Assembly (NCBI GenBank): GCA_965237525.1
Contig: CBDEFO010000008.1
Coordinates: 1,472,001-1,536,000, forward strand
Direction of reading: 5' to 3'
Source of the DNA: Candidatus Latescibacterota bacterium
GTDB taxonomy: Bacteria; Latescibacterota; CBDEFO01
DNA: 64,000 nucleotides
Shown here: in pieces, positions 50,175 to 60,500 of the stretch
Numbering within the stretch: the first letter of the stretch is position 1
How the letters are laid out: every line of letters starts with the position of its first letter
The notes under the pieces: generated by a model
Database searches by the model: none
The model's input: the letters and a program-made list of their open reading frames with translations, nothing else
What the model was told of the DNA's origin: nothing
Program-made: the position numbers and the translations under genes

Positions 50175-51929
50175 ATGAACCATCAAGAGATAACGGTCGG
50201 CGTCGGCGGAGCAGCCCAGGACGGTCAGGGCAAGACGGCCGTAAATCTGGCCACAATGTGCTCTCGACTCGGACTTCACGTGTTTACTTATACAAGTTAT
50301 CAGTCCGTGATCATGGGCGGACATATCTGGCTTCGCTGCCGGATCTCCGAAGAGAAGATTAAGAACCATGGTGACCGCCTGGATATTGCGATTGCGCTCA
50401 ATCAGGACTGCGCGGACCGACACGCTGTTGAAGTGGACCCTGGCGGAGCCATTATATTCAACGGAGACAAGATCCAGGTTGATCCTGACAGCTTAAAACC
50501 TGGTGTGCGCGTCTATGCCCTGCCAGTTTCAGAGATAATGGCCCCCTTCGGCAGACAACCCGTCATAATGCAGAACACGATAGCTTTAGGAGCCGCGTTA
50601 TGGCTGGCCCAGTTGGAACTTGAAGGACTTGCCGAGGTAATCAAAGAGACCTTCGCTCACAAGGGGCAGGAGGTTATTGACACCAACATAGCGCTTGCTC
50701 AGGCAGGCTACGACTGGGGCAAACGCCAGGGCCCCTCTATGGATTACGAGTGGAACTACAGTAGAAAGAAACGCATGTTTTTGACGGGGAATGAATCCTT
50801 CAGTCTGGGGGCGTTAGCCGCAGGGTGTAAATTCTACGCGGCCTATCCGATGACCCCTGCGTCTTCCATTTTGGACTTTATGGCAAACCACGCTAAGGAA
50901 TACGGTGTAGTGGTCAAGCAGGCGGAAGATGAGATAGCTGTCATCAACATGGCAGTCGGAGCAGGACACGCGGGTGTCAGAGCTATGGTCGGAACGTCCG
51001 GCGGCGGGTTTTGCCTGATGACGGAGGGTGTGGGCCTTGCCGGGATGACGGAGACACCGATAGTGATAATAGAAGTGCAGCGTGGAGGTCCCTCAACTGG
51101 ACTTCCCACCAAGACCGAACAGGGAGACTTAATCCAAGTCTTAGGAGCTTCCCAGGGAGAATACCCGCATATGATCGTAGCTCCAACAGATATTGTAGAT
51201 TGTTTCCACACCATACCTGAGGCGTTCAACATAGCCGAGAAATACCAGTGTCCGGTTATTGTTGTGTCCGACCTTTACCTTTCGGAGCACTACGAAACGG
51301 CGGAGCCTGAGGCGTTCGATTTTGAGGTTCCCATCGATCGAGGCGAGGTAGTTTCAGATGCGGAAAACGGGGAATATAAGCGTTACCTCTATACCGAGTC
51401 GGGCGTGTCACCAAGGGCACTGCCCGGAGGGGAAGGGACCATCTTTGTAGCGGCCAGCGACGAGCACGACGAAAGAGGAATCTTAATAAGCGACGTTTTC
51501 ACAGATCCGGTCATCCGAAAGCAGATGATGGAAAAAAGAATGCGTAAGATGAACGGAATCTTTGAAGAACTGGAACCGCCGAAGCTTTACGGCCACCCCA
51601 ACGCAGACGTGACTCTGGTGGGATGGGGCTCGACAACTGGCGTAATCAGAGAGGCTATAGAACGACTGGAGGAAGATGGAATCAACGCTAATAACCTCCA
51701 GATCAAATACCTTGTTCCCTTCCACGTAGAGGAAGTAGGCAATATCCTGAACGCCTGCGAGAAGGTCATTGTGGTTGAGAATAACTATAACGGTCAACTT
51801 GCCCGCCACATTCGGGCGGAGACCGGAATTGCTGCGGACGGAAAGATACTAAAATATGACGGTGAACCCTTTGAACCGGTTCATATTGTTGAACAAGTGA
51901 AGGAGGCACTTAATGGCTCAGGTAGTTGA
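50175..51929 (+). CDS. 2-oxoacid:ferredoxin oxidoreductase, fused gamma-alpha subunit
   Basis: YPMTPAS; QAEDEIA; TSGGG; QRGGPSTGLPT; VGWGST. Confidence 0.95.
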   Translation: MNHQEITVGVGGAAQDGQGKTAVNLATMCSRLGLHVFTYTSYQSVIMGGHIWLRCRISEEKIKNHGDRLDIAIALNQDCADRHAVEVDPGGAIIFNGDKIQVDPDSLKPGVRVYALPVSEIMAPFGRQPVIMQNTIALGAALWLAQLELEGLAEVIKETFAHKGQEVIDTNIALAQAGYDWGKRQGPSMDYEWNYSRKKRMFLTGNESFSLGALAAGCKFYAAYPMTPASSILDFMANHAKEYGVVVKQAEDEIAVINMAVGAGHAGVRAMVGTSGGGFCLMTEGVGLAGMTETPIVIIEVQRGGPSTGLPTKTEQGDLIQVLGASQGEYPHMIVAPTDIVDCFHTIPEAFNIAEKYQCPVIVVSDLYLSEHYETAEPEAFDFEVPIDRGEVVSDAENGEYKRYLYTESGVSPRALPGGEGTIFVAASDEHDERGILISDVFTDPVIRKQMMEKRMRKMNGIFEELEPPKLYGHPNADVTLVGWGSTTGVIREAIERLEEDGINANNLQIKYLVPFHVEEVGNILNACEKVIVVENNYNGQLARHIRAETGIAADGKILKYDGEPFEPVHIVEQVKEALNGSGS

Positions 51930-52797
51930 AGAACTTCCCTGGAGTACTTATAAAGGCGAGGTAGATCCAGATTGGTGTGCCGGTTGTGGCGATTTCGGAG
52001 TCTTAAGAGCGCTTCAAAATGCGATAGGAAAACTAGGAATCCAGCCTAAGGATGTTCTTATTGTCTCCGGCATCGGATGTTCGTCGAACCTCCCGGGATT
52101 TATTAACTGTTATGGATTTCATAGCCTCCACGGAAGATCCGTCCCGGTGGCGACAGGCGCCAAATTGGCAAACCAAGATTTGACAGTGATCGTAACCGGC
52201 GGCGACGGCGACGGCTACGGCATCGGCATGGGACACTTCATCCACGCTATGAGGAGAAATCTGGATATTACCTATGTAGTTATGAATAACCAGGTATATG
52301 GCCTTACCACAGGTCAGGCCTCCCCTACCAGTGATAAGGATTTCGTAACTAAATCCACGCCGGAGGGGAATTCAGAAGTTCCCGTAAACCCGCTGGCCTT
52401 AGCCCTTATCTCAGGAGCGACCTTTGTGTCCAGAGGATTCTCAGGGGAGGCAAAGCAATTAGCCCAAATAATGCAACAGGCAATCCAGCATAAGGGTTTT
52501 TCTCTTATCGATGTCTTCAGTCCCTGCGTCACATACAATAAGGTCAACACCTATCCCTGGTTCAAAGAGCGCGTCTACAAGCTTGAGGATGAGTCCGATG
52601 ACGATCCGGATGACTTTGACCGGGCACTTGTGAAATGCCGAGAATGGGGTCATCAGATCCCCCTTGGAGTCTTTTACAAGACAGACCTGCCCACTTACGA
52701 AGACGCAGAGTCCGCTTTAGAAGAGGGTCCTTTAGTCAAACAGAAGTTGGGGTTAGATAAAGAACAGGTGCAGAAACTCATGAGTGAATTTATGTAA
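51913..52797 (+). CDS. 2-oxoacid:ferredoxin oxidoreductase beta subunit
   Basis: WCAGCG; SGIGCS; GGDGD...NN TPP motif; SPCVTYN. Confidence 0.95.
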   Translation: MAQVVEELPWSTYKGEVDPDWCAGCGDFGVLRALQNAIGKLGIQPKDVLIVSGIGCSSNLPGFINCYGFHSLHGRSVPVATGAKLANQDLTVIVTGGDGDGYGIGMGHFIHAMRRNLDITYVVMNNQVYGLTTGQASPTSDKDFVTKSTPEGNSEVPVNPLALALISGATFVSRGFSGEAKQLAQIMQQAIQHKGFSLIDVFSPCVTYNKVNTYPWFKERVYKLEDESDDDPDDFDRALVKCREWGHQIPLGVFYKTDLPTYEDAESALEEGPLVKQKLGLDKEQVQKLMSEFM

Positions 52798-52864
52798 ATG
52801 CATGCTGTCGGTTTTATAGATGACTGATAGTGCTTTTTAAGATCCACCCATAATAAATAAGGAG

Positions 52865-53209
52865 ATGGTGATGAGCAGTCCGAATATTGTAGCATACTTA
52901 AAGCCCGACTGCGGGTGGAGTAGAGGTGTACGCGCTGTATTCCAAAAATATGGACTGGAGTTCGAAGACAGAGATGTTGTAAACAATTTGAGCAACTACG
53001 AGGAAATGGTCCGAAAGACCGGGCAGAATCTTCAACCGTGCGTGGCGATAGATGAGAATATACTGGCAGACGTAAGTGGAGATGAAGTGGAGCAGTATCT
53101 TTTGGAAAAAGGCTATGTCAAACCGTCAAGTGCGGCAACTGATGTGCCTACCGATCGCGCATGTGATGATCACTCTCAGCCGATATCGATCGGAGAGATC
53201 GAAAAGTAG
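52865..53209 (+). CDS. Monothiol glutaredoxin-like protein
   Basis: YLKPDCGWS; KTGQNLQPCV. Exact start uncertain. Confidence 0.8.
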   Translation: MVMSSPNIVAYLKPDCGWSRGVRAVFQKYGLEFEDRDVVNNLSNYEEMVRKTGQNLQPCVAIDENILADVSGDEVEQYLLEKGYVKPSSAATDVPTDRACDDHSQPISIGEIEK

Positions 53210-53299
53210 TCTAAATTCGATCCGCGATCCCCGACCTCCGATCCCCGATGGATTCAATCGGGGACTGTTGGGGTTCAAGCGGGTATGTGTCTTAAGTGG

Positions 53300-53328
53300 A
53301 GACCCTCTTTAGAGAGGGTCTTTTTTTT
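53300..53328 (+). terminator. Intrinsic terminator
   Basis: AGACCCTCT-ttag-AGAGGGTCT followed by a T run. Confidence 0.85.
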
Positions 53329-53785
53329 GACTTTAAGTGAAGTTACTATTAGATCAGGATCGCTGCGGAGACATATACTTGAGGGCCAAGCGTGATGACG
53401 CAGGGAGGGGATAGTCCATTCCTGGTTTACTCATACTTCCTTACGTGTTCAAGAAATTTGCATTGGGTTTAATAGACACCTGTTTTGATAGGATAGCAAG
53501 CAGAAGGAGTTTACCCTCTCTCGAAAGTGTATAGTTTGCACTGGTTATGGACTGAGAAATTTTTGTTGACATCCACAGTCTTATTTTGTATCTTCCCACC
53601 AAATTGATGAGTACCTTACCTTTGTATCTTTCCTCCTGATTGTTCGGTCTTGCATCTCTCGTCCTGGATATAATCCGCACATAGCATTCTCTAAATCGGG
53701 TTCTGACACACATACGTCTCTATACAAGTCGTGAAACAAAAACCACATACTGGAGTTGAACTTTCTGAGTAGAGGGACCCCAAAG

Positions 53786-54700
53786 ATGTTAACATATATT
53801 GCGCAGTTTTTCATGGCCTTGGCAATACTGGGTCTTCTAATAGGATTTTTGACCTCCAGTGGAATCGTTCCGGTCTTCCTATTTTCTGTCACTCCAGCGG
53901 GATTGTTGAACTTCACAAAGGCTATAAGTCCGCTTGCAATATCTTTTCTTCTACTGGAGTTTCTGACAGGTAAGAGTCGCGTACATAAAAGACTTCGATC
54001 CGATCTGTTAAAAGAAGGGGGAGAGTTTATCCTAATACGTGTCGCGCAGTTTTTTCTGGCCTTTGCAATACTGAGTCTTCTGACAGGACTTCTGACCTCC
54101 AGTGGAATCGTTCCGGTCTTCCTATTTTCTGTCACTCCGGCGGGGTTCTTGAACTTAACAAAGACTATGGGCCTGGTAGCAATGTCTTTTCTTCTACTGG
54201 AGTTTCTGACAGGTGAAAGTCGTGTACATGACAGACATCGAGCCAATCTGTCAAAAGAGGGAGGAAAGTCTATCTTAATACGCGCCGCGCAGTGTTTTGT
54301 GGTCTTGGCATTACTGGGCCTTCTAATAGGACTTTTGACCTCCAGTGGAATCGTTCCAGTCTTCCTATTTTCTATTACTCCGGCGGGATTTTTGAACTTC
54401 ACAAAGGCTATGAGTCTCGTTGCAATATCTTTTCTTCTACTGGAATTTGCTTCAGGTAAAGGTCGGGCTCGTAGTAAACATCGAGCCAGTCTATCAAAAG
54501 TGGGAGGAGAGTTTATCTTAGTTCGTGCCGCGCAGTTTTTTGTGGCCCTGGCAATAATGAGTCTTCTGATAGGACTTTTGACCTCCAGTGGATTTGTTTC
54601 GGTCTTTCTGTTTTCCGTTACTCCGGCGGGATTTTTGAACTTCACAAAGGCTATGAGTCTCGTTGCAATGTCTTTTCTTCTACTGGAGCTCATACGGTGA
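53786..54700 (+). CDS. Membrane protein built from four tandem ~81-aa repeats
   Basis: AQFF..LA..LL.G.LTSSG..VFLFS.TPAG.LN.TK occurs four times, period about 243 bp. Confidence 0.75.
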   Translation: MLTYIAQFFMALAILGLLIGFLTSSGIVPVFLFSVTPAGLLNFTKAISPLAISFLLLEFLTGKSRVHKRLRSDLLKEGGEFILIRVAQFFLAFAILSLLTGLLTSSGIVPVFLFSVTPAGFLNLTKTMGLVAMSFLLLEFLTGESRVHDRHRANLSKEGGKSILIRAAQCFVVLALLGLLIGLLTSSGIVPVFLFSITPAGFLNFTKAMSLVAISFLLLEFASGKGRARSKHRASLSKVGGEFILVRAAQFFVALAIMSLLIGLLTSSGFVSVFLFSVTPAGFLNFTKAMSLVAMSFLLLELIR

Positions 54701-54746
54701 ATCTACCACAAGTTCGATCTGTGCCGTCCTTGAGCTAATCAAAAAA

Positions 54747-56129
54747 ATGGCAATTACATTAGGGGAGATAATTAAAGATATTCTGAAAGCAGTCATTGAA
54801 TCACCAAGGTTAATGACTCCTTCTGGTTCAATAGCCAATATTGGAACACATTTCCACGACAATATCTGTAGGTTTAGTGATCCCCACTATCGCTCGGGAG
54901 AAGGTCTCCCGTCATGCGCAATCTTTGTATTCCATCAGAAGGGAGAAGAATACTATGGCGTGGTTGAAGCCCCGGAGGATGTAGCGAACGATCTAGACTG
55001 GTTCGCCACTCAGAACAGACTTCCCTTAAAGTACTATGGAAAACAACCTCCCACAGGCGCAAACCTAAAAGCAGTCCATCTTGACGTAATAGAGTGTGGG
55101 TATGGAGGTTGTGGAGGAAGTGCAGCGATTGCCCAGAGGGCATTTCTTGACTTAATTATATATTCTTTAGATAGGTACACGCCCGTTGATGTAAATGAAG
55201 CAAAAGATAAGGAAAGAGCACTTGGGTCACTCAGAGAAATACAGGTGTTTTATGTCGGCATAGACTCTGAAATAAACGGATTAGGAGATTATTATTCTCG
55301 ATTCGGTGTAGTAACAGAAGGCTTAAATAGAAGTTTATTGATTAAACCCCACGGCCATTGTGTTACCATTAATTCTATTGTCGAAATTGAGGGTGGAGTA
55401 GGCAGGGTGGTTCTCAGCCCAGAACCTGATGGATATGGGCCAACTAACAGGCAATTACAAGAAGTTCTTGCGCCAGCAAATTTCCCCCCAGATTTGGCGA
55501 TGGTTGCATTAGATACAATATACGACGATTCTCTTCTCAGAGAAGGGCATAATCTGTTCAGTCATCCCGATTTCATAAGAGCAGGAGCATTTACAGAACC
55601 CGCAATCAAGAAGAATCCTGACTTTACTAAGAATAGGATAGTACCGGCCTGTCATATTATTGCAGTTGACGATTTAGAGATTAAGGAATTGACAGGAAAA
55701 GAGCTCTGGGAAGGAATTGGCAGCCTGGGATTAATCAAAAGAGGAGATCTGACATTATATGTGACCAGAGGAGACCAGGGGATCATAGCAACAGATTTCA
55801 GTGATTGTTATGAGATAAAGCCAACATATTCAGAGAAAAACTTTACATTAGCCAGGGAAGGTCTCCACCGTGCAGGTGTTGGTGATGCTGCAAAAGGTGT
55901 CTGTTTTATGAGTCATTTTATCGGGTTGCCCCTGAACCTTGCCCAGGAACTGGTGCACCTATTTTCCCAATATAGAATGATCTTTAACGACGCTCACGAC
56001 TATGCAAGGAATGTCAGAGATGAAATTAGAGAAAGGAAGAGAACACTAAATATTGAAACTTTTCTGGTTGATCCTGCGGTAGAGATACCTGAATGGAGAA
56101 GTCTTGCCTATCCAGACTTTGTAACATAG
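54747..56129 (+). CDS. Divergent PfkB/ribokinase-like protein
   Basis: GYGGCGGSAA near the N-terminus; YVTRGDQG; AGVGDA anion-hole-like motif. Confidence 0.5.
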   Translation: MAITLGEIIKDILKAVIESPRLMTPSGSIANIGTHFHDNICRFSDPHYRSGEGLPSCAIFVFHQKGEEYYGVVEAPEDVANDLDWFATQNRLPLKYYGKQPPTGANLKAVHLDVIECGYGGCGGSAAIAQRAFLDLIIYSLDRYTPVDVNEAKDKERALGSLREIQVFYVGIDSEINGLGDYYSRFGVVTEGLNRSLLIKPHGHCVTINSIVEIEGGVGRVVLSPEPDGYGPTNRQLQEVLAPANFPPDLAMVALDTIYDDSLLREGHNLFSHPDFIRAGAFTEPAIKKNPDFTKNRIVPACHIIAVDDLEIKELTGKELWEGIGSLGLIKRGDLTLYVTRGDQGIIATDFSDCYEIKPTYSEKNFTLAREGLHRAGVGDAAKGVCFMSHFIGLPLNLAQELVHLFSQYRMIFNDAHDYARNVRDEIRERKRTLNIETFLVDPAVEIPEWRSLAYPDFVT

Positions 56130-56248
56130 TTACTAGTGGTGACGGAGTAGTGTGCATTGCCAGTGAAAAGACGTTTGAAAAGCTGAAACCGCTGGTGATT
56201 ATAGAATAGTGCTACCAGGTAGCACACGCGTAAGTCCATTGCTATTAT

Positions 56249-57205
56249 CTAAAATCCTTCCCAGCTGGTAACTGTATCATCCTTAAATTCGATCTTCTGA
56301 TCATCTGAGTAATACCAATACTCCCATACTGTCCGGCCCAGTGGACCAACCGTTCGTATTCTTATAGGTTCACCCAAGACCTTCCTTATTGTGTCTTTAG
56401 GCGTCCCTTTTTTCAGCACCGATTGAATATTGTCAGGGTCCTGAACACTGACAACCTTATCATCCTTAAATTCAATCTTTTTGTTATCCGTGTAGTACCA
56501 ATACTCCCGTTCCCATGAACCAGTTTTTTGACCAGTCTTTCGTATTTCAATAGGCTCACCCAAGACTAGTCTTACGGTGTCTTTAGAAGTTCCTATTTCA
56601 AGCGCCTGTTGAATCTTTTCAGGATCCTGCTTAGAAACAGCTGGTTTCGTAGACCGAGTGTCCGATGTCTCTTGTTTTACCTTGTACGGCTTTTTTGTTT
56701 TGGAAATTCCCAAAGCCTTCATTTGTGACCTTCGCCTTAGACGCCTTATAAGATTACCTATCATAGAGCCAAGCTCCTCTAACTTTTCCCCCTGAGTTCG
56801 GTATCTTCTCGTCAAATAGCTCCCTGAGAGAGGATATAGAGGAGGATTCGACCAGGTCCCTAATTCCACTGAATTCCAGATACGGCATTCTTGGCTGTTT
56901 TCCGGAATTAGTAGTTTTGAACCGACACCCAAAAACAATCCAGGAGAAATAATAAAAACTTCTTTGCCTTCATACCGCCAGAGGGAAATACAACCTATGC
57001 CTGTTTCGATTAGATAAGCTTCACTATTCGTGCGAACAATTATAGCCTTATCATCATTACCCATAATTTTTGCAACGTAAACTTTCTCTACCCCAGCATG
57101 GATATCCCTGACGAATAGCAGAGAAGAGATTATAATCAAAAAGATATAAGTTTCCTTACACACCTTTGCCTCTATAGTCTCGCCCAATCTAAATGTCCTT
57201 AACAT
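56249..57205 (-). CDS. Exported hypothetical protein with two C-terminal SmpA/BamE-like repeats
   Basis: RBS AAGGAGG; hydrophobic segment; GT.KDT.R.VLGEP...EYWYY...KIEFKDD.V occurs twice. Confidence 0.65.
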   Translation of the reverse strand: MLRTFRLGETIEAKVCKETYIFLIIISSLLFVRDIHAGVEKVYVAKIMGNDDKAIIVRTNSEAYLIETGIGCISLWRYEGKEVFIISPGLFLGVGSKLLIPENSQECRIWNSVELGTWSNPPLYPLSGSYLTRRYRTQGEKLEELGSMIGNLIRRLRRRSQMKALGISKTKKPYKVKQETSDTRSTKPAVSKQDPEKIQQALEIGTSKDTVRLVLGEPIEIRKTGQKTGSWEREYWYYTDNKKIEFKDDKVVSVQDPDNIQSVLKKGTPKDTIRKVLGEPIRIRTVGPLGRTVWEYWYYSDDQKIEFKDDTVTSWEGF

Positions 57206-57507
57206 TATAACCCCTCCTTTGGTAGACTTGGATTCCACTAATTCTGCCGGGGAAATATACAACCTACCTGTGGCATCTTCTGTCACAGTCTCAATAAAAT
57301 GCGTTCTTCTCTCGGTAAGTATTTCTATGGGGATCTAATGTATTACGTAGCTACGTAAGGTATAGGCTAATTTGATGGGAAAATACAAAATGAAATGTTG
57401 GATGCCATGAGGAATTGTGCAAGTGCTCCCAAATAGTGTCCATAGCACATCCCAAGACGCCAAAAAAGCTGAAACCGTTCGTGAGTATAGAGTAACGGGT
57501 TTTTCGA

Positions 57508-60500
57508 TTAGACGAACCACTCGCAGACCTTTTCTACAATATCCTCTTGCGAATCGAATACCCTGTATTTTGTGGGGAGAAGGTCCAAAAAGACGCGGCC
57601 GTACCAGGTCTTTATGACTCTATTGTCGAGGATAACTATGACCCCCTTGTCGTCTTTATTCCTGATAAGCCTCCCGAACCCCTGTCGGAATCTTATAGCC
57701 GCTTCGGGTATAGAGTAATATCTGAACGGGTCTTTGCCCTTTTTCTCAAACTCCTCTATATGAGCTTCTACAATGGGCTCTGTAGGGACGGCGAAGGGGA
57801 GCCTGGTAAGTACCAAAATCTGTAGAGCTTCTCCCGGAACATCTATTCCCTCCCAGAAGCTGTCCGTTCCCAGAAGGACGGAGCTTTTGTCCTCTTTGAA
57901 TCGTTCTGTGATGTTGGAGCGGGCACCCGAAATGCCCTGTCCTAGAAGGCGTACGCCCTCGTGATCTAAAGGGTCTTTGAGGTCATTGTACATCTTGTTG
58001 AGCATCCCGTAGGACGTAAAGAGGACCAGCGCTCCTCTTTTGACCTTTGTGAAGAGATCTCGTAAAAGTTGTGATGTTCGCTCCTGATACAGCGAGGAGT
58101 CCTTAGGAGATGGCAAAAATGAGGGTATGCAGACGAGCGTCTGACGGTCGTAGTCGAAGGGAGAACTGACACAGAAGGTCTTAACTCGATCTTCCTCCAT
58201 CTTCTCTATTCCCAATCGCTCCAAAAAATATTTGAACTTGCCCCGTATGGCTATCGTGGCTGAGGTGAAGATGGCTGTATTGAGTCCTTCGTAGAGCTGC
58301 TCCTGCAGGAGAGAGGCTATATCGAGCGGCGCAGAGCACATCTTAACATTGAAACTATCCTTCTTGTTTGGAAGTTCAAGCCAATAGACAAAAGCTTCGT
58401 CTTCGGCTTTTAAGAGGAAGTCTAAGTCGTCCAATATCTCGTTTAGCTCGGCTCTTCGGCCCTCTGACTCCTGCGTGAGTTCCTCCTGTGCAGGGAAGGA
58501 GTCACCGGGTAGTTCTTTGAGCCAGTTTAGGAGCTGCGATATTTCTGACTTCAGAAAGTAACCCGAATCCGCAAATCCATCTAACTCCTCTTGCAGGGCC
58601 TCAAAGATGTTATACGCCTTTTTGTATCTTATCTTCTCCGTATAAGTGTCTGTTCTTTTTTCGTCCCCTATCTTTTGCGCCATATCTTTAAAGATATCCT
58701 GCGCCGTCTTCCGGAAGGATGCGTTCGCCTCGATTATGCGGTCTATTTTGAAATCGTAGGCTCTCAGTTCCTGATCCTGGAGGTCAGCAGTTCTGAGTCC
58801 GTCCCTTAAAGAGACCATCGTGCCTGTTTCGTTCTTTTCCTTTTGATAGAACCTGTCGCAGAGGTTCCGGACCCTCCATATATCAAGTTCTCGTCCCAGA
58901 TATTGAGTTGCAACCTTCTCGACATTGTGCGCTTCGTCGAATATCACGTCTTCGTATTCGGAAAGGACAGCGTTCTCGGAGACCATATCGGAGAATAGCA
59001 GGGAGTGATTGACCACTACAACGTGGGATCTGAGGGCTTCTCTCCTTATATTTGTGGCGAAGCATCTCCTTCCGAATCTGCACGTCTGTGCCTTGCAGAA
59101 AGCGCCGTCGGAGCAGATTTTATTCCAGAGAGTAGGGAATCTCCAGGCTTGGAAGGCGGTGTTTTCAGCTATATCGCCGGTTTCGGTCTCTTCAGCCCAC
59201 AGGATTAAGGGCAGAGCGGCTTTTCTCTCGTAGTCTGTAAACGAAGATTCTATGCGGTCGAGGGCTTTGTACCATCTGTTGAGACATATGTAGTTGGACC
59301 TCCCCTTTAAGAGGCAATATCTGAAAGGGACGTCCAGGATTCTATCCAGGAGAGGGATGTCTTTGTAGAAGAGTTGTTCCTGCAGGTTCTTGGTGTTTGT
59401 GGAGACTACGACTCTTTTCCCGTTGGATACTGCCCAGAAGATGGCTGGGATCAGGTAAGCCATGGATTTGCCAGTGCCCGTTCCTGACTCGGCGGCGAGG
59501 AACGAAGAGTTGTTAAGGGCGTCCGCTACAGCTTGGGACATCTCCACCTGCTGATCTCTCCTTTCGTAGCCTTCTATCGCTTGAGAAAGGGGACCTTCCT
59601 CCTTGAAGATCTCCTCTACATCTTCAGAGTCGAGGGGATCTAGATCTGGGTCTGCCTCAAGTGAACCTCTATCTGTCGAGATTCCTCCGATATTGAAAAG
59701 TACTTTCAAATCCTCTGCATTCCCCTTCCGATCTGGACGTCTTCCCTCGGTAGTTATGGCTCTTGAAAGGACATCCTTGGCGGATCTGTTGAGGGATTCG
59801 GAGAAGATCTCTTTAAGACTGGAGTCCGTGCCCGCGATCATCTGCAGCATCTTTTTTACTATCTCGAATTCCGTGTCCTTGAGTTTATCTACAAGACCCA
59901 TAAAGATAGAGGCAGTTACTTCAGCGTTGTCCAACGCCCTTTTAGATCCTTCCGAATCTAATCCGAAGAATTGCACGAGGGTAGGGACTCTGTGATCGGT
60001 AACCGTGGGGAAGAGAGCCTTTGAAAGTTCGAGACTGTCGGAGAACGGTTGGTCGAACCTGCAGTCGAACCTGTACTTGTCGAGGAAGGACATCACAAAT
60101 CGAGCGTTGTGGGAGACTATGGGAAGCCCGTCTGCAAAGAGCTTGAGGTCGTCCAGAACTACACTGAGATGGGGAGCGCCTTTAATGTCGTCGTAGGATA
60201 TACCTGTCAGACGGCTCTTCCTCCTCACATCCCTTTTGAAATCCGACGGTGGATTAAGTGCCAATGTAATGTCCTCTACTGTCTTGGCCCCGTCGGCTTT
60301 AAGGACTGAAAGGAAATGGAGAAATACCTTCAGAGTGACCTCTGCGTCGGGCAGAGCGCGGTGCAGATTTTCAGCGGGAATACCCAGGCTCCGGGCTACT
60401 TTCCAAAGCGGAGTACGCCTGGTCTGAGGCATAAGACGTTTGGCTAACGCCATTAAGTCTATTACAGTATTGTTCAGAGCCTCATATCCTGAGAGCTTTA

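Noticed and set aside
4717..53263. CRISPR array from the recurring palindromes
   Set aside because: Copies are dispersed and in both orientations, with no regular spacers or cas genes.
53581..54693. 370-aa minus-strand ORF
   Set aside because: It is the antisense shadow of the repetitive hydrophobic gene on the plus strand.
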